Origin: a virus
Lineage: Duplodnaviria > Caudoviricetes
DNA: 52,506 nucleotides
Virus record (IMG/VR): IMGVR_UViG_3300037870_000068
Span: 1-52,506 of that record
Reading direction: 5' to 3' (one strand)
The position numbers and the translations under genes are program-made. Below the pieces are notes generated by a model. That model saw nothing but the letters and a program-made list of their open reading frames with translations, did no database searches and was not told the origin of the DNA. Below, in pieces: positions 1 through 8,382 of this stretch. Position 1 is the first letter of the stretch. Each line of letters opens with the position of its first letter.

Positions 1-53
1 TGTGTACTTAACCTCTTTGTGAGAAAGGGGTTATTTAGGTATGGATCGCTCAC
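1..53 (-). CDS. gp17: Terminase large subunit, N-terminus only (runs off window)
   Basis: GTG overlaps the gp16 stop (GTGA). Reads MSDPYLNNPFLTKRLST, resembling the YLxNP start of T4-like gp17. Position follows gp16. Confidence 0.6.
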   Translation of the reverse strand, partial: MSDPYLNNPFLTKRLST

Positions 54-424
54 TTTTTAATCAAATCTAGGAGATCAGTAGCCGACCCCACAAAGAGATT
101 ATTGTTAGTTACCTTTTCTGGTTTAGAGGCATTGAGCTTCATTTGTTTTTCGTGAAGCGTGGTGATGTGAGAGGTAGTATCCCCTAGTGTCTTAATCAAT
201 TGACCCACAACCTCATATGCTCGGGGATGCTCGGACTGCTTAGCGAGTTCTATTAGATCCTCGAGGGCGACATTACCATTCTCAACTAAATTATAATAAT
301 TTTCTCGAGCATAGTCATAATCATTCTTAATGTCTTTTTCCATAGAATCAGACTTGACAACCTCTTGCTTTTCGTAGGTTGTCAAGACCTGTGGTTCTAT
401 TCCGAATGTTTCATCAAGTTTCAT
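50..424 (-). CDS. gp16: Terminase small subunit
   Basis: DYDYARENYYNL...A..SEHPRAYEV.GQLIK...TNNNLFVGS..DL motifs of T4-like gp16. Confidence 0.9.
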   Translation of the reverse strand: MKLDETFGIEPQVLTTYEKQEVVKSDSMEKDIKNDYDYARENYYNLVENGNVALEDLIELAKQSEHPRAYEVVGQLIKTLGDTTSHITTLHEKQMKLNASKPEKVTNNNLFVGSATDLLDLIKK

Positions 425-432
425 TATAGATG

Positions 433-768
433 TTACGGTTTCTCAGGGTAAACAGGATTAAAAACGTCATTGGTATTCGCTGGCAAATCCCTGAGTGCTT
501 GACGGTAGGTTGCCCACTCATCTCTGTTAACTGGTGCGTCTGGTAGTTGTGAAAAGTCTGATGACTGCAACAGTCTGTTGCGTTGCTCTCTGAGTTGTTT
601 CCATGCGTTAACCTTTGTGAACTCAATCCACGCCACTTCCATTTCTTGGTATGTTGGTTGACGCTCATCACTGCGCCAATCCGCAATTGTATGAGGGGGT
701 GCGCCTGATGAAAGTCTATACTCATTGTGACTAAGACCCATAAATTCTAAGCAGAAGTTAATATCCAT
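433..768 (-). CDS. Tail fibre assembly chaperone (XkdW-like N-term + Tfa-like C-term)
   Basis: LREQRNRLL..SD..QLPDAP....W..YRQALRDLP...YPEKP; directly downstream of a fibre gene. Confidence 0.8.
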   Translation of the reverse strand: MDINFCLEFMGLSHNEYRLSSGAPPHTIADWRSDERQPTYQEMEVAWIEFTKVNAWKQLREQRNRLLQSSDFSQLPDAPVNRDEWATYRQALRDLPANTNDVFNPVYPEKP

Positions 769-780
769 GTTGTTTGTACC

Positions 781-1617
781 CTATGAATGTTTGTAAATTA
801 CGACTCTCGTATGAATGTCTGTAGAAAGTCCACTAATGTAAAATGCCGCGTCACTACCATAACCATAACTATTATTAGTTGAGCGAGAATAAGCCTGTAT
901 TTCAAATGATTTTTGTGCCGTAAGCGTTACCGTCACAACCCCCGATGAAACTGATGAGGATGTGGTTGCTTCAGTGCCACCCGATACGGCAAACGTACTC
1001 ATCCCTTGCCCAGCCATAGAACTATCTGTGATATTTTGACATCGTGATGACCATTCTTGAATCCCGCGTCCAGTAGTTACCCACTCCAGCGTATATACCC
1101 CTGTTTGAAGCGTAAATTGGCTAGATGCAACTGTCACAATGCCGTCACTATCGCTGACCTCGGTATCAATGTCGCGCACCCTCCATGCTCCACTGGTCAT
1201 ACCTCCACCAGCGCCTCGTTCTTCGACAATAGCGACTGAGGCATACAGTCCACCACCGGGCAAATTGGTCAACGCACTCCCATCCACTGCCGGTAACTTA
1301 GCATTACCATCAAGCTGAACAATCTGGTTCGCTGATGTTCCAATGCCATTGGTTGCAAGAGTTGTTAAGTCGGCATCACTAGCTTGTTTGGCATCTAACT
1401 GACCCTGAATCAGTGATGTCACACCATCAACATAATTCAATTCTGTCGTTGACGCTGTAACACCGTCAAGGATATTGAGTTCATCCGCAGTGGATGTCAG
1501 TCCTGTAATGCTGGAGGGCGCTACAGATACGCCAGTTAAAGCGGATCCATCATTACCTGCCAGAGCAACCAAATCCGCATCATGCAGGTTTGAATTTTTT
1601 ACTTTTGTTAATGCCAT
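781..1617 (-). CDS. Short tail-fibre-like / receptor-binding protein
   Basis: MALTKV start, STADELNILDGVTASTTELNYVDGVT repeat, GTSANQIVQLDGNAKLPAVDGS fibre motif; followed by a chaperone. Confidence 0.7.
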   Translation of the reverse strand: MALTKVKNSNLHDADLVALAGNDGSALTGVSVAPSSITGLTSTADELNILDGVTASTTELNYVDGVTSLIQGQLDAKQASDADLTTLATNGIGTSANQIVQLDGNAKLPAVDGSALTNLPGGGLYASVAIVEERGAGGGMTSGAWRVRDIDTEVSDSDGIVTVASSQFTLQTGVYTLEWVTTGRGIQEWSSRCQNITDSSMAGQGMSTFAVSGGTEATTSSSVSSGVVTVTLTAQKSFEIQAYSRSTNNSYGYGSDAAFYISGLSTDIHTRVVIYKHS

Positions 1618-1644
1618 TTCTATTTCCTTTTACGATTTAGCTTG

Positions 1645-2415
1645 TTATGCATCTTCCCAATTACTCCAAGAATCGGTGAATCCAAAATCATCATTCTCGG
1701 TGGATGTTACGGGATCTGGTTCAACCGTATATGTTTGTTTTCTATTTGGTGAATTAACAGGTACATCAGCATACATTGAGGTATCAACTTTCTTAATAAC
1801 ACCACTTGATGTAACTGGACCATATAATTGGACAGAAGCGGTAAAACTTAGGGTATATATTATAGCTCTTCTTGTTGCAAAATCCCCCTCATACGAATCC
1901 TCATAACTTACGGAATCAAGTATAATAGGTACATCCTGTACATTTTTCAGTTCTGACGAATCTTTTATCGTCATTGTATATGAAGGAGAGAATGTCGGTA
2001 GTATTTGCTCAATGATTTGTATACCATCATCCGAATTCTTTACCATCACAAACAATTCAAAACTCACATTATAAGGTACAGGGGAAAATTGCTTGCTTAC
2101 TCCCTTATCACTTCCGGATTTAGGAATTTTAATTGTGTTGATTTTATTAAGTTTTCTTGTTGGTTCATAACTAAACGAACCAAGTTCAAACCCTATTCGT
2201 GGAAGAGATATCGCCACCGACTTAGTAAGATTTGGATCCTCTCTCAACCGTGTGAGAAATTTTTCCTTTGGACCATAGGATAGTGGTATTTTCATTTTCT
2301 GTTTAATGTCACCAGATTTATTCTTTCTAATCAGGTAAATCTCATTGAACATGGAACCAAAACCTATGACAGTTCTTTTCAGTATTTCGTGATAGTAAGG
2401 ATCAGCACCCAGCAT
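1645..2415 (-). CDS. gp15: Tail terminator / sheath stabiliser
   Basis: YYHEI.KRTVIGFGSMFN, IPLSYGPKEKFL, LPRIGFE, QIIEQILP.F.P, DSYEGDF.TRR motifs. Confidence 0.95.
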   Translation of the reverse strand: MLGADPYYHEILKRTVIGFGSMFNEIYLIRKNKSGDIKQKMKIPLSYGPKEKFLTRLREDPNLTKSVAISLPRIGFELGSFSYEPTRKLNKINTIKIPKSGSDKGVSKQFSPVPYNVSFELFVMVKNSDDGIQIIEQILPTFSPSYTMTIKDSSELKNVQDVPIILDSVSYEDSYEGDFATRRAIIYTLSFTASVQLYGPVTSSGVIKKVDTSMYADVPVNSPNRKQTYTVEPDPVTSTENDDFGFTDSWSNWEDA

Positions 2416-3140
2416 TATATTTCTCCAAACGGATTAGAATCCGTAAAATCTATTATTCCATCTGACTCATTTTGGAGCCAATCATTGATAGAGCCTTTAT
2501 CTATATCATCTATAGAATATTCTTCTTGTATGATATTACCACCAAATTCAAATACCAATTCTCCTGTGCCATCTTCAAGCACTATATCATAAAAATCGAT
2601 TAAGTTCGTTGAGTGAATATCTTCGATTGCATCTATTACATCGACGCCAGTATCAAGAACTTCATTTGAATACTCAAAGAGTTTACAAGTTAATGTGAAT
2701 ACTGGAATGTTATGAAGTCTTTCGAAATCTTCATCCTCAACAAAAGTAATTTCAAATAACTTCGTTTTGGAAGGAAAGTATATTAAATCTCCCTCATTTG
2801 GACGAGCATTTGTTATAAGATTTTGATCAAGTGATATAAGTTGTTCGAATCGAAGTCTAGAGATTTGAAATTTAGCTTCATCTCGAATTTCTAATCCGAA
2901 TTTTGAGAGAGCATCTGCCTCGCCTGCACCTATTGATTCATTCTCAAAATACATTTCAATGACATATGCATCATTGAATTCGGATAAAATGTCTTCTCCA
3001 AATAATTTATCCTCCTTGACCAATTTCCTCGGGAGGTAATAAACATCGGTACCAAACGCCTTAATCTGCTCTATAATTATTTCTTCATAGAGACGAGATT
3101 CGGGTTTATATGACTGATTAAAAAACGGTGAAGTAGACAT
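2415..3140 (-). CDS. gp14: Neck protein (head closure)
   Basis: DVYYLPR...D.LFGED..S.F, LSKFGLEIRD, RPNEGDLIYFP, C-terminal IIDFTDSNPFG. Confidence 0.95.
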   Translation of the reverse strand: MSTSPFFNQSYKPESRLYEEIIIEQIKAFGTDVYYLPRKLVKEDKLFGEDILSEFNDAYVIEMYFENESIGAGEADALSKFGLEIRDEAKFQISRLRFEQLISLDQNLITNARPNEGDLIYFPSKTKLFEITFVEDEDFERLHNIPVFTLTCKLFEYSNEVLDTGVDVIDAIEDIHSTNLIDFYDIVLEDGTGELVFEFGGNIIQEEYSIDDIDKGSINDWLQNESDGIIDFTDSNPFGEI

Positions 3141-3142
3141 AC

Positions 3143-3946
3143 CTAACCTATCATAAAATCAAGCGGAGCTTGATATGTAGATATTATCTTCTCTTCAAGT
3201 TTTTCAATTTCCTCTTGTGCCTGAGTATATATAGTATCTGCATCAATTTCAACACCACCAATCATTGCGATACCTTTGAATTTCTGGAGGTTTTGACCCC
3301 ATTGTCTTTTAATAAGTTCTGTAGCATATCTCTTGAGGAACATATCATTATAGAGTCTTACTGCTACAGAGGGATCGGTTTTTCTGTAACATTCGATAAT
3401 TATAGTCTCATCAACTTTAAAAGTTTCATCCCAATCTCCATCGAAGTACAGTTTAGAAGATAAATGATTAAATCTCAACGATGATCTAGCATTGAATATA
3501 GAATCCAATAGATCTAATTTGTTTTTAAACATTTCCATAGAAACGAGAGATTGGTTTGAGTTTAGGCTAATTAACCCAGTTCCAATCATTGCTGCTTGAT
3601 TATACCAATTAGATCCGAATGCTGTGGATGGATGATATACATTAACAATTGATACAACCGAATCTGGTATAGGGATCCAATTATTTTGATTCGTCCAAAC
3701 CGATGAAACAGAATCTTCTGTTGCCGTTTCAGAATTAACACCCACCGCACGATCAAGGTCAGCCTGTGTTATTGTGTGAGATAGATATAATCTTTCAATC
3801 CCATCATAATGAAATTGATTAAAATATTCAAGCGCATCATCTATTCTGTCTGAGATTTGGTCAATATCGACATTAATATCGACAACTGGTTTACCGAGTC
3901 TTCTAAGACAATATTCAGATAATTCCGATTTTGTTGTTAATGCCAT
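3143..3946 (-). CDS. gp13: Neck protein (head-tail adaptor)
   Basis: EYCLRRLGKPVVDINVD..Q..DRIDDAL..F...HYDG; LIKRQWGQNL.KF.G....GGV. Confidence 0.95.
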   Translation of the reverse strand: MALTTKSELSEYCLRRLGKPVVDINVDIDQISDRIDDALEYFNQFHYDGIERLYLSHTITQADLDRAVGVNSETATEDSVSSVWTNQNNWIPIPDSVVSIVNVYHPSTAFGSNWYNQAAMIGTGLISLNSNQSLVSMEMFKNKLDLLDSIFNARSSLRFNHLSSKLYFDGDWDETFKVDETIIIECYRKTDPSVAVRLYNDMFLKRYATELIKRQWGQNLQKFKGIAMIGGVEIDADTIYTQAQEEIEKLEEKIISTYQAPLDFMIG

Positions 3947-3955
3947 TGTTGCTCT

Positions 3956-4231
3956 CTATGGTTTCTCTGGATATATGATGTTATTTATATCAACAGTTGC
4001 CGGCAAATCACGCAGTGATTTTCTGTACTCAGCCATCTCGGGTGACATGGTTACGTCCGAGTTTGCTGTCCAATCTGTTTCTGCTAGAAGTCTGTTGCGT
4101 TGCTCTCTGAGTTCTGCCATTGATCTCTCGTCTGCACCATCAGCCCATAATACTTCTTCTGCATCGCGCTTTGACTCTTCTTCCGTTGTATATGGAACAT
4201 CCCCTGTTATTGTCGAATGGTATCTAGTCAT
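3956..4231 (-). CDS. Tail fibre assembly chaperone
   Basis: LREQRNRLLAETDW.A.SDVTMS.EM.EYR.SLRDLP...YPEKP. Confidence 0.8.
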   Translation of the reverse strand: MTRYHSTITGDVPYTTEEESKRDAEEVLWADGADERSMAELREQRNRLLAETDWTANSDVTMSPEMAEYRKSLRDLPATVDINNIIYPEKP

Positions 4232-5880
4232 TATATTGTTACTCCATAAATTTTGAATACACCGCTCATATTACCCCCTGACGCCTTGAATCTTATTCCT
4301 GTCAGAGCGGCTGGTCCGAAACTCATCAGAAAATTATTTATAACTGTAGGTACACTAGAATCGAACCCAGAATAAGCCGCCCCAAACATAGTGCCAGTAT
4401 TTACTGAAAGAGCGTTCGCGGGATCATAAACCGTCATAGTAAAGGATGCCCCCCTCTGGCCAGACGAAGAATTCAAAGGGGCCGTTATATATGGAGTTCT
4501 ATTGGACCAAGTACCGTTCTGATGTTCATTTTGGATATAGTTATAATTCCCATATACGGAACCAATTTCCCTTTCTACTATAATATTCTGACCGCCACTA
4601 TTACTTACCCTCACATCTGTTGCCTCTATTACATATTTACTATAAGTAGCAGTGAATATCGTATCAATTGTAACGTCAGCAGTGTCAGAAGCATCAACCG
4701 TAGCCAATAGAACTAAACCCCCACCGACTTCTTCCTCAAAATCTTCATCATCATCAAATATATTTTCTGGATTGACAGCCCCACCCATTCCATTGGTTAT
4801 AGCAAAATGTAACCAATGATGCATAGGAGGATGGAAATTCGCATGAGTTGGGTCTAATGTGGGATCAGCTGTAGGAAGGGGATCGTGTATCTCTGCTTTG
4901 AACGCATTCTTTAATGCTGTTTCGGTGAGAAATGGTTTAGGGGCGTCACCAATTAAAGCATCGTATATCTTTTTTGGAGTCTTACCGGTCTTACGTTTTT
5001 TAGTCTTCTTTTTACCAGAAGAGGTTGTTATCTTATGATTATCACCAACCCAAAGAGAGTTCTCCGATACATAGAGATCTCTTATTTTATATTCTGCAGA
5101 ACCTATATCATACCCATTATCTAGATTGGGTATGATATGAGCAGTCATCGTGCAAAAAGGTAAGACTAGTCTATCACTACTCTCAGAGACAGTAAGGCTA
5201 CCAATATGCAAAGAATTTGAACTTAAATACAGATCTCTTATTTTATTTGCGGAACTACCAATATCATAAACATCATCCGTATCTGGTATGATATGATCTG
5301 TCATCGTTCCACCCATATCACCTACGGGGAGATTAGTTAAGTTAGCACCTGATACTGCCGGTAATTGTGCCGACCCATTCAGTTGAATAAATTGATTATT
5401 CCCTATGCCAATACCGTTGGTCGCTAGTGTTGTCAGGTCAGCATGATAACCTTGCACATCAGTACCTATGACCAAACCCAATGAAGCTGCCGTTTCTTCC
5501 GATTTAGCAGTGAAACTTAAATTTCCCGCCCCATCGGTAGTTAATACATAATTAGGATGCCCTAATTCAGTTACATCGAGTTGAGAAATTCCAATAGTAT
5601 TATCAGCGGTGGTTACTGGTACTCCAACATCAAAAATACAAACTACTTCAACTTCATCCCCCACATCAAGTGGGGATGAAAATTCTATACCGCTAGTAGT
5701 TAGACTAAAAGCTGTATCATGCTGTTTAATACCATTTATTGTAATAAATGTCGATGGTTCGTTAAATGGAACGAAACCTAATATACTGTGTGCAATGGTA
5801 GAAACTGGTTCGTTAAATCCGGTCGAGGTCCATCGTCTAATATTTGAATTTTTTAATTCAGCTTTACCTAAATATGGCAT
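4231..5880 (-). CDS. Tail fibre-like protein
   Basis: MPYLGK...INGIKQ..AF N-terminal domain, QLNGSAQLPAVSG motif, tandem HIIP....YDIGS...KIRDLY repeats, C-terminal LVLLATVDAS...GIRF...G.FKIYG domain; followed by a chaperone. Confidence 0.75.
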   Translation of the reverse strand: MPYLGKAELKNSNIRRWTSTGFNEPVSTIAHSILGFVPFNEPSTFITINGIKQHDTAFSLTTSGIEFSSPLDVGDEVEVVCIFDVGVPVTTADNTIGISQLDVTELGHPNYVLTTDGAGNLSFTAKSEETAASLGLVIGTDVQGYHADLTTLATNGIGIGNNQFIQLNGSAQLPAVSGANLTNLPVGDMGGTMTDHIIPDTDDVYDIGSSANKIRDLYLSSNSLHIGSLTVSESSDRLVLPFCTMTAHIIPNLDNGYDIGSAEYKIRDLYVSENSLWVGDNHKITTSSGKKKTKKRKTGKTPKKIYDALIGDAPKPFLTETALKNAFKAEIHDPLPTADPTLDPTHANFHPPMHHWLHFAITNGMGGAVNPENIFDDDEDFEEEVGGGLVLLATVDASDTADVTIDTIFTATYSKYVIEATDVRVSNSGGQNIIVEREIGSVYGNYNYIQNEHQNGTWSNRTPYITAPLNSSSGQRGASFTMTVYDPANALSVNTGTMFGAAYSGFDSSVPTVINNFLMSFGPAALTGIRFKASGGNMSGVFKIYGVTI

Positions 5881-5889
5881 TATAATTCT

Positions 5890-6378
5890 CTATGGTTTCT
5901 CTGGATATATGATATTATTTATATCAACATTACTTGGAAGATCTCTTAGAGATTGTCGATATTCTGTCATTTCCGGAGTTATTGTTACATCTGTAAGAGC
6001 ATGAAAATCTGTTTCAACTAGGAGACGATTACGTTCCGATCTCAATGAGACGAATGCACGATCCTCTTCAGATTTAAGAAATGCCGCCTCTTGTTGAGCT
6101 TTAGTATGAACTGTTCCATCTTCGTCAGTATACTTTTTGAATTTATTTACGACCTTGAATCTATAAACCCAATTACCAAGGGAGTCTTGCTCTACTCCAT
6201 CTCCTAATACCATTTGTAGGTTTGTAACTACCGGCTTAGGTGATTCTAATATCGGATCAATTCCAACGAAATCGCAAGTATCTTTATTCCACACTCTGGG
6301 AAATGATGTGTTTGAATGAAGTTTTCGGATTTCTCCTTGAGTCTTAACTTCTCCGGTTTTTCTGATTCTATATTGCAT
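5890..6378 (-). CDS. Tail fibre assembly chaperone, long form
   Basis: GEIRKLHSNTSFPRVW N-term plus LRSERNRLLVETDF.AL.DVT...YRQSLRDLP...YPEKP. Confidence 0.8.
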   Translation of the reverse strand: MQYRIRKTGEVKTQGEIRKLHSNTSFPRVWNKDTCDFVGIDPILESPKPVVTNLQMVLGDGVEQDSLGNWVYRFKVVNKFKKYTDEDGTVHTKAQQEAAFLKSEEDRAFVSLRSERNRLLVETDFHALTDVTITPEMTEYRQSLRDLPSNVDINNIIYPEKP

Positions 6379-6396
6379 AATTGATATTCTCCTGTC

Positions 6397-8382
6397 TTAT
6401 GCTATTGCTAAAAATATGTATTCTCTACCACTAACGTTAACGTCCTTACGGTTCAGGTCAGAATATTGCACCTTAAAACCAGAACTATCAGGTTGTATTG
6501 CGTCAATAGCCGCACCAAAGGCACTACTTTCTGGGCTTTCAGCAGTTGTATTATTTAACATTAGTACACCATCATTTGTGGTGGAGGTGATGCCTCTCTC
6601 TACATCAAAAATGTACCATTGTCCTGCGTGGCTGGAGCATTTTATGATGACCATGCGAGCGCCTGAGCTAAACCCACAGTCTATTGTTTGAGCCGCAGTG
6701 TCACCTGTACCCGTATAACTCCCAACCTTGCTTACGCCGGGGAGGGTTGCGAATAAGTAAGTTATATAGGTATTACCACCACTATCATTATAAGCCTGAT
6801 TAGATGTGCCTATATAAAAACCAGTTTCTGTATTTGCACTGTAATCCCATTGATACCCACTGTCTCCAGCAGCATTGCTGCTATCCAGGAATAGATTATG
6901 AGTATTTGGTAAGTCTTTATGTAGAACTCCCCAATTATACCCATTAGTGATTCTATTCTTCACAATTATCATCTCAGGCACAACCCCAAGCGAATGATTT
7001 TCCGTATGAGCAACTCCTGTTCCTGTATAAGCCACAACATCGAAGAATCCTTTGGCGCGTTTGAACATCCACCATACATTATCTGATGTATGAATACCGG
7101 TATTATACAATCCATCACTATGGTCATAATGCCAATATGCACTACCCCCGTTTTCTGCGTCTGCTGTCTGTGTCGTTAGATATGCACCGTTTGTGAGTCG
7201 GCTTGTGAAATAAGAAGATGTTGGCCCAGACCTATTACTGGAGAGAGTTGCATCTAATGAGAATCCTGTAGATATTTGACTACCTACTGTGACATCTTTC
7301 TGTACAGCAAAAACCTCAGTCCCAGCTTCAGGCTCTTTCATCATCGGGGCGCGAATCGCCATGTAGATGATGTTATCCCCAGCAGAACCACTTACTGCAG
7401 TTAGCGAGGGTCGAGCTGTAAAACCAGTAGCGGTTAATCTTAGGGCATTAGAACTTCCTGATGTCGCATTCTCTGCGGTGGAGGTATCTGCTGCTAAAGT
7501 GGTATCTGCATACCCTGACACAATCCCTCTCATCTTGTCCCATATAAACCAATTACTCGACTGTGTTGCGTTCTTTATTAGGATATATTGAGGCTCCCAA
7601 CCTATATTGACATCTAAATCACCTGATGTGAAGCCAGTATAACTCCCACAAGCAATCATCCCATCATTATCCTCACCGTCGGGGTCGTGGGCGAAGAGGT
7701 AGGCAACGTACTGGGCATTAACACCCCCTCGATTTACATCACCATCCGTACCCAAATGGAATACAGAATCCGTTGCTGATGTAGAATTCCAATGACTTCC
7801 AGGCAGCGCATTATTTGACTGCTCCAATATCAAATATTCAGAATTGCTAATGCTTCGGTGGTACACAGCCCAATTGGTCTGTGCATCCGTGCGCTTAACA
7901 ATAATCATTCCTGGAACAACGCCTAAGTTGTGAGGAATGGTTCGTTGAGCTCCGCTCCCCGTCCATGTAACCACATCGAAAAAGCGTGGTGCTTTGCGGA
8001 ATGTCCATGAGGTGTAGTCCTCTCCGTTCACGTTAATTCTCATCCAGCCAGAAGACTCTGCACCAAGAGTAAAACCGTCAGAATTAGCAGAAACCATTGC
8101 ATTATCTGTGTATTCTTGGTTGGTGTTGTCGGAGCCGATCATCTTACTAATGCCACGCTCCGTATCATAAATACCATGCCTAGAGTCAGTGCTTCTTGCC
8201 TTTATCCAAACCATTCCACCTTCGCCAGAAAAGTCGATACCGTTGGTAATAGTTTGCCCGCCTCCAGATGGATAAAAGCCATTACCCTCATACAGATAGG
8301 TAGAAAACACATCCTCTACATTCTGGGCATCTCCACCCACATTGCCAGCGGCGGCAGTAAGGGCTTTACTTAATGTACTCAT
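6397..8382 (-). CDS. Virion adhesin / structural protein with repeated beta-rich units (DUF7483-like)
   Basis: VEDVFSTYLY.GNG, two copies of FFDVV.[WY]TG.G....H.LGVVP.MIIVK, SKVGSYTG, ends YIFLAIA. Confidence 0.7.
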   Translation of the reverse strand: MSTLSKALTAAAGNVGGDAQNVEDVFSTYLYEGNGFYPSGGGQTITNGIDFSGEGGMVWIKARSTDSRHGIYDTERGISKMIGSDNTNQEYTDNAMVSANSDGFTLGAESSGWMRINVNGEDYTSWTFRKAPRFFDVVTWTGSGAQRTIPHNLGVVPGMIIVKRTDAQTNWAVYHRSISNSEYLILEQSNNALPGSHWNSTSATDSVFHLGTDGDVNRGGVNAQYVAYLFAHDPDGEDNDGMIACGSYTGFTSGDLDVNIGWEPQYILIKNATQSSNWFIWDKMRGIVSGYADTTLAADTSTAENATSGSSNALRLTATGFTARPSLTAVSGSAGDNIIYMAIRAPMMKEPEAGTEVFAVQKDVTVGSQISTGFSLDATLSSNRSGPTSSYFTSRLTNGAYLTTQTADAENGGSAYWHYDHSDGLYNTGIHTSDNVWWMFKRAKGFFDVVAYTGTGVAHTENHSLGVVPEMIIVKNRITNGYNWGVLHKDLPNTHNLFLDSSNAAGDSGYQWDYSANTETGFYIGTSNQAYNDSGGNTYITYLFATLPGVSKVGSYTGTGDTAAQTIDCGFSSGARMVIIKCSSHAGQWYIFDVERGITSTTNDGVLMLNNTTAESPESSAFGAAIDAIQPDSSGFKVQYSDLNRKDVNVSGREYIFLAIA

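Noticed and set aside
433-6378. Diversity-generating retroelement acting on fibre or chaperone 3' ends
   Set aside because: No reverse transcriptase in the window. The repeats are all inside coding paralogues and the mismatches are not adenine-specific.
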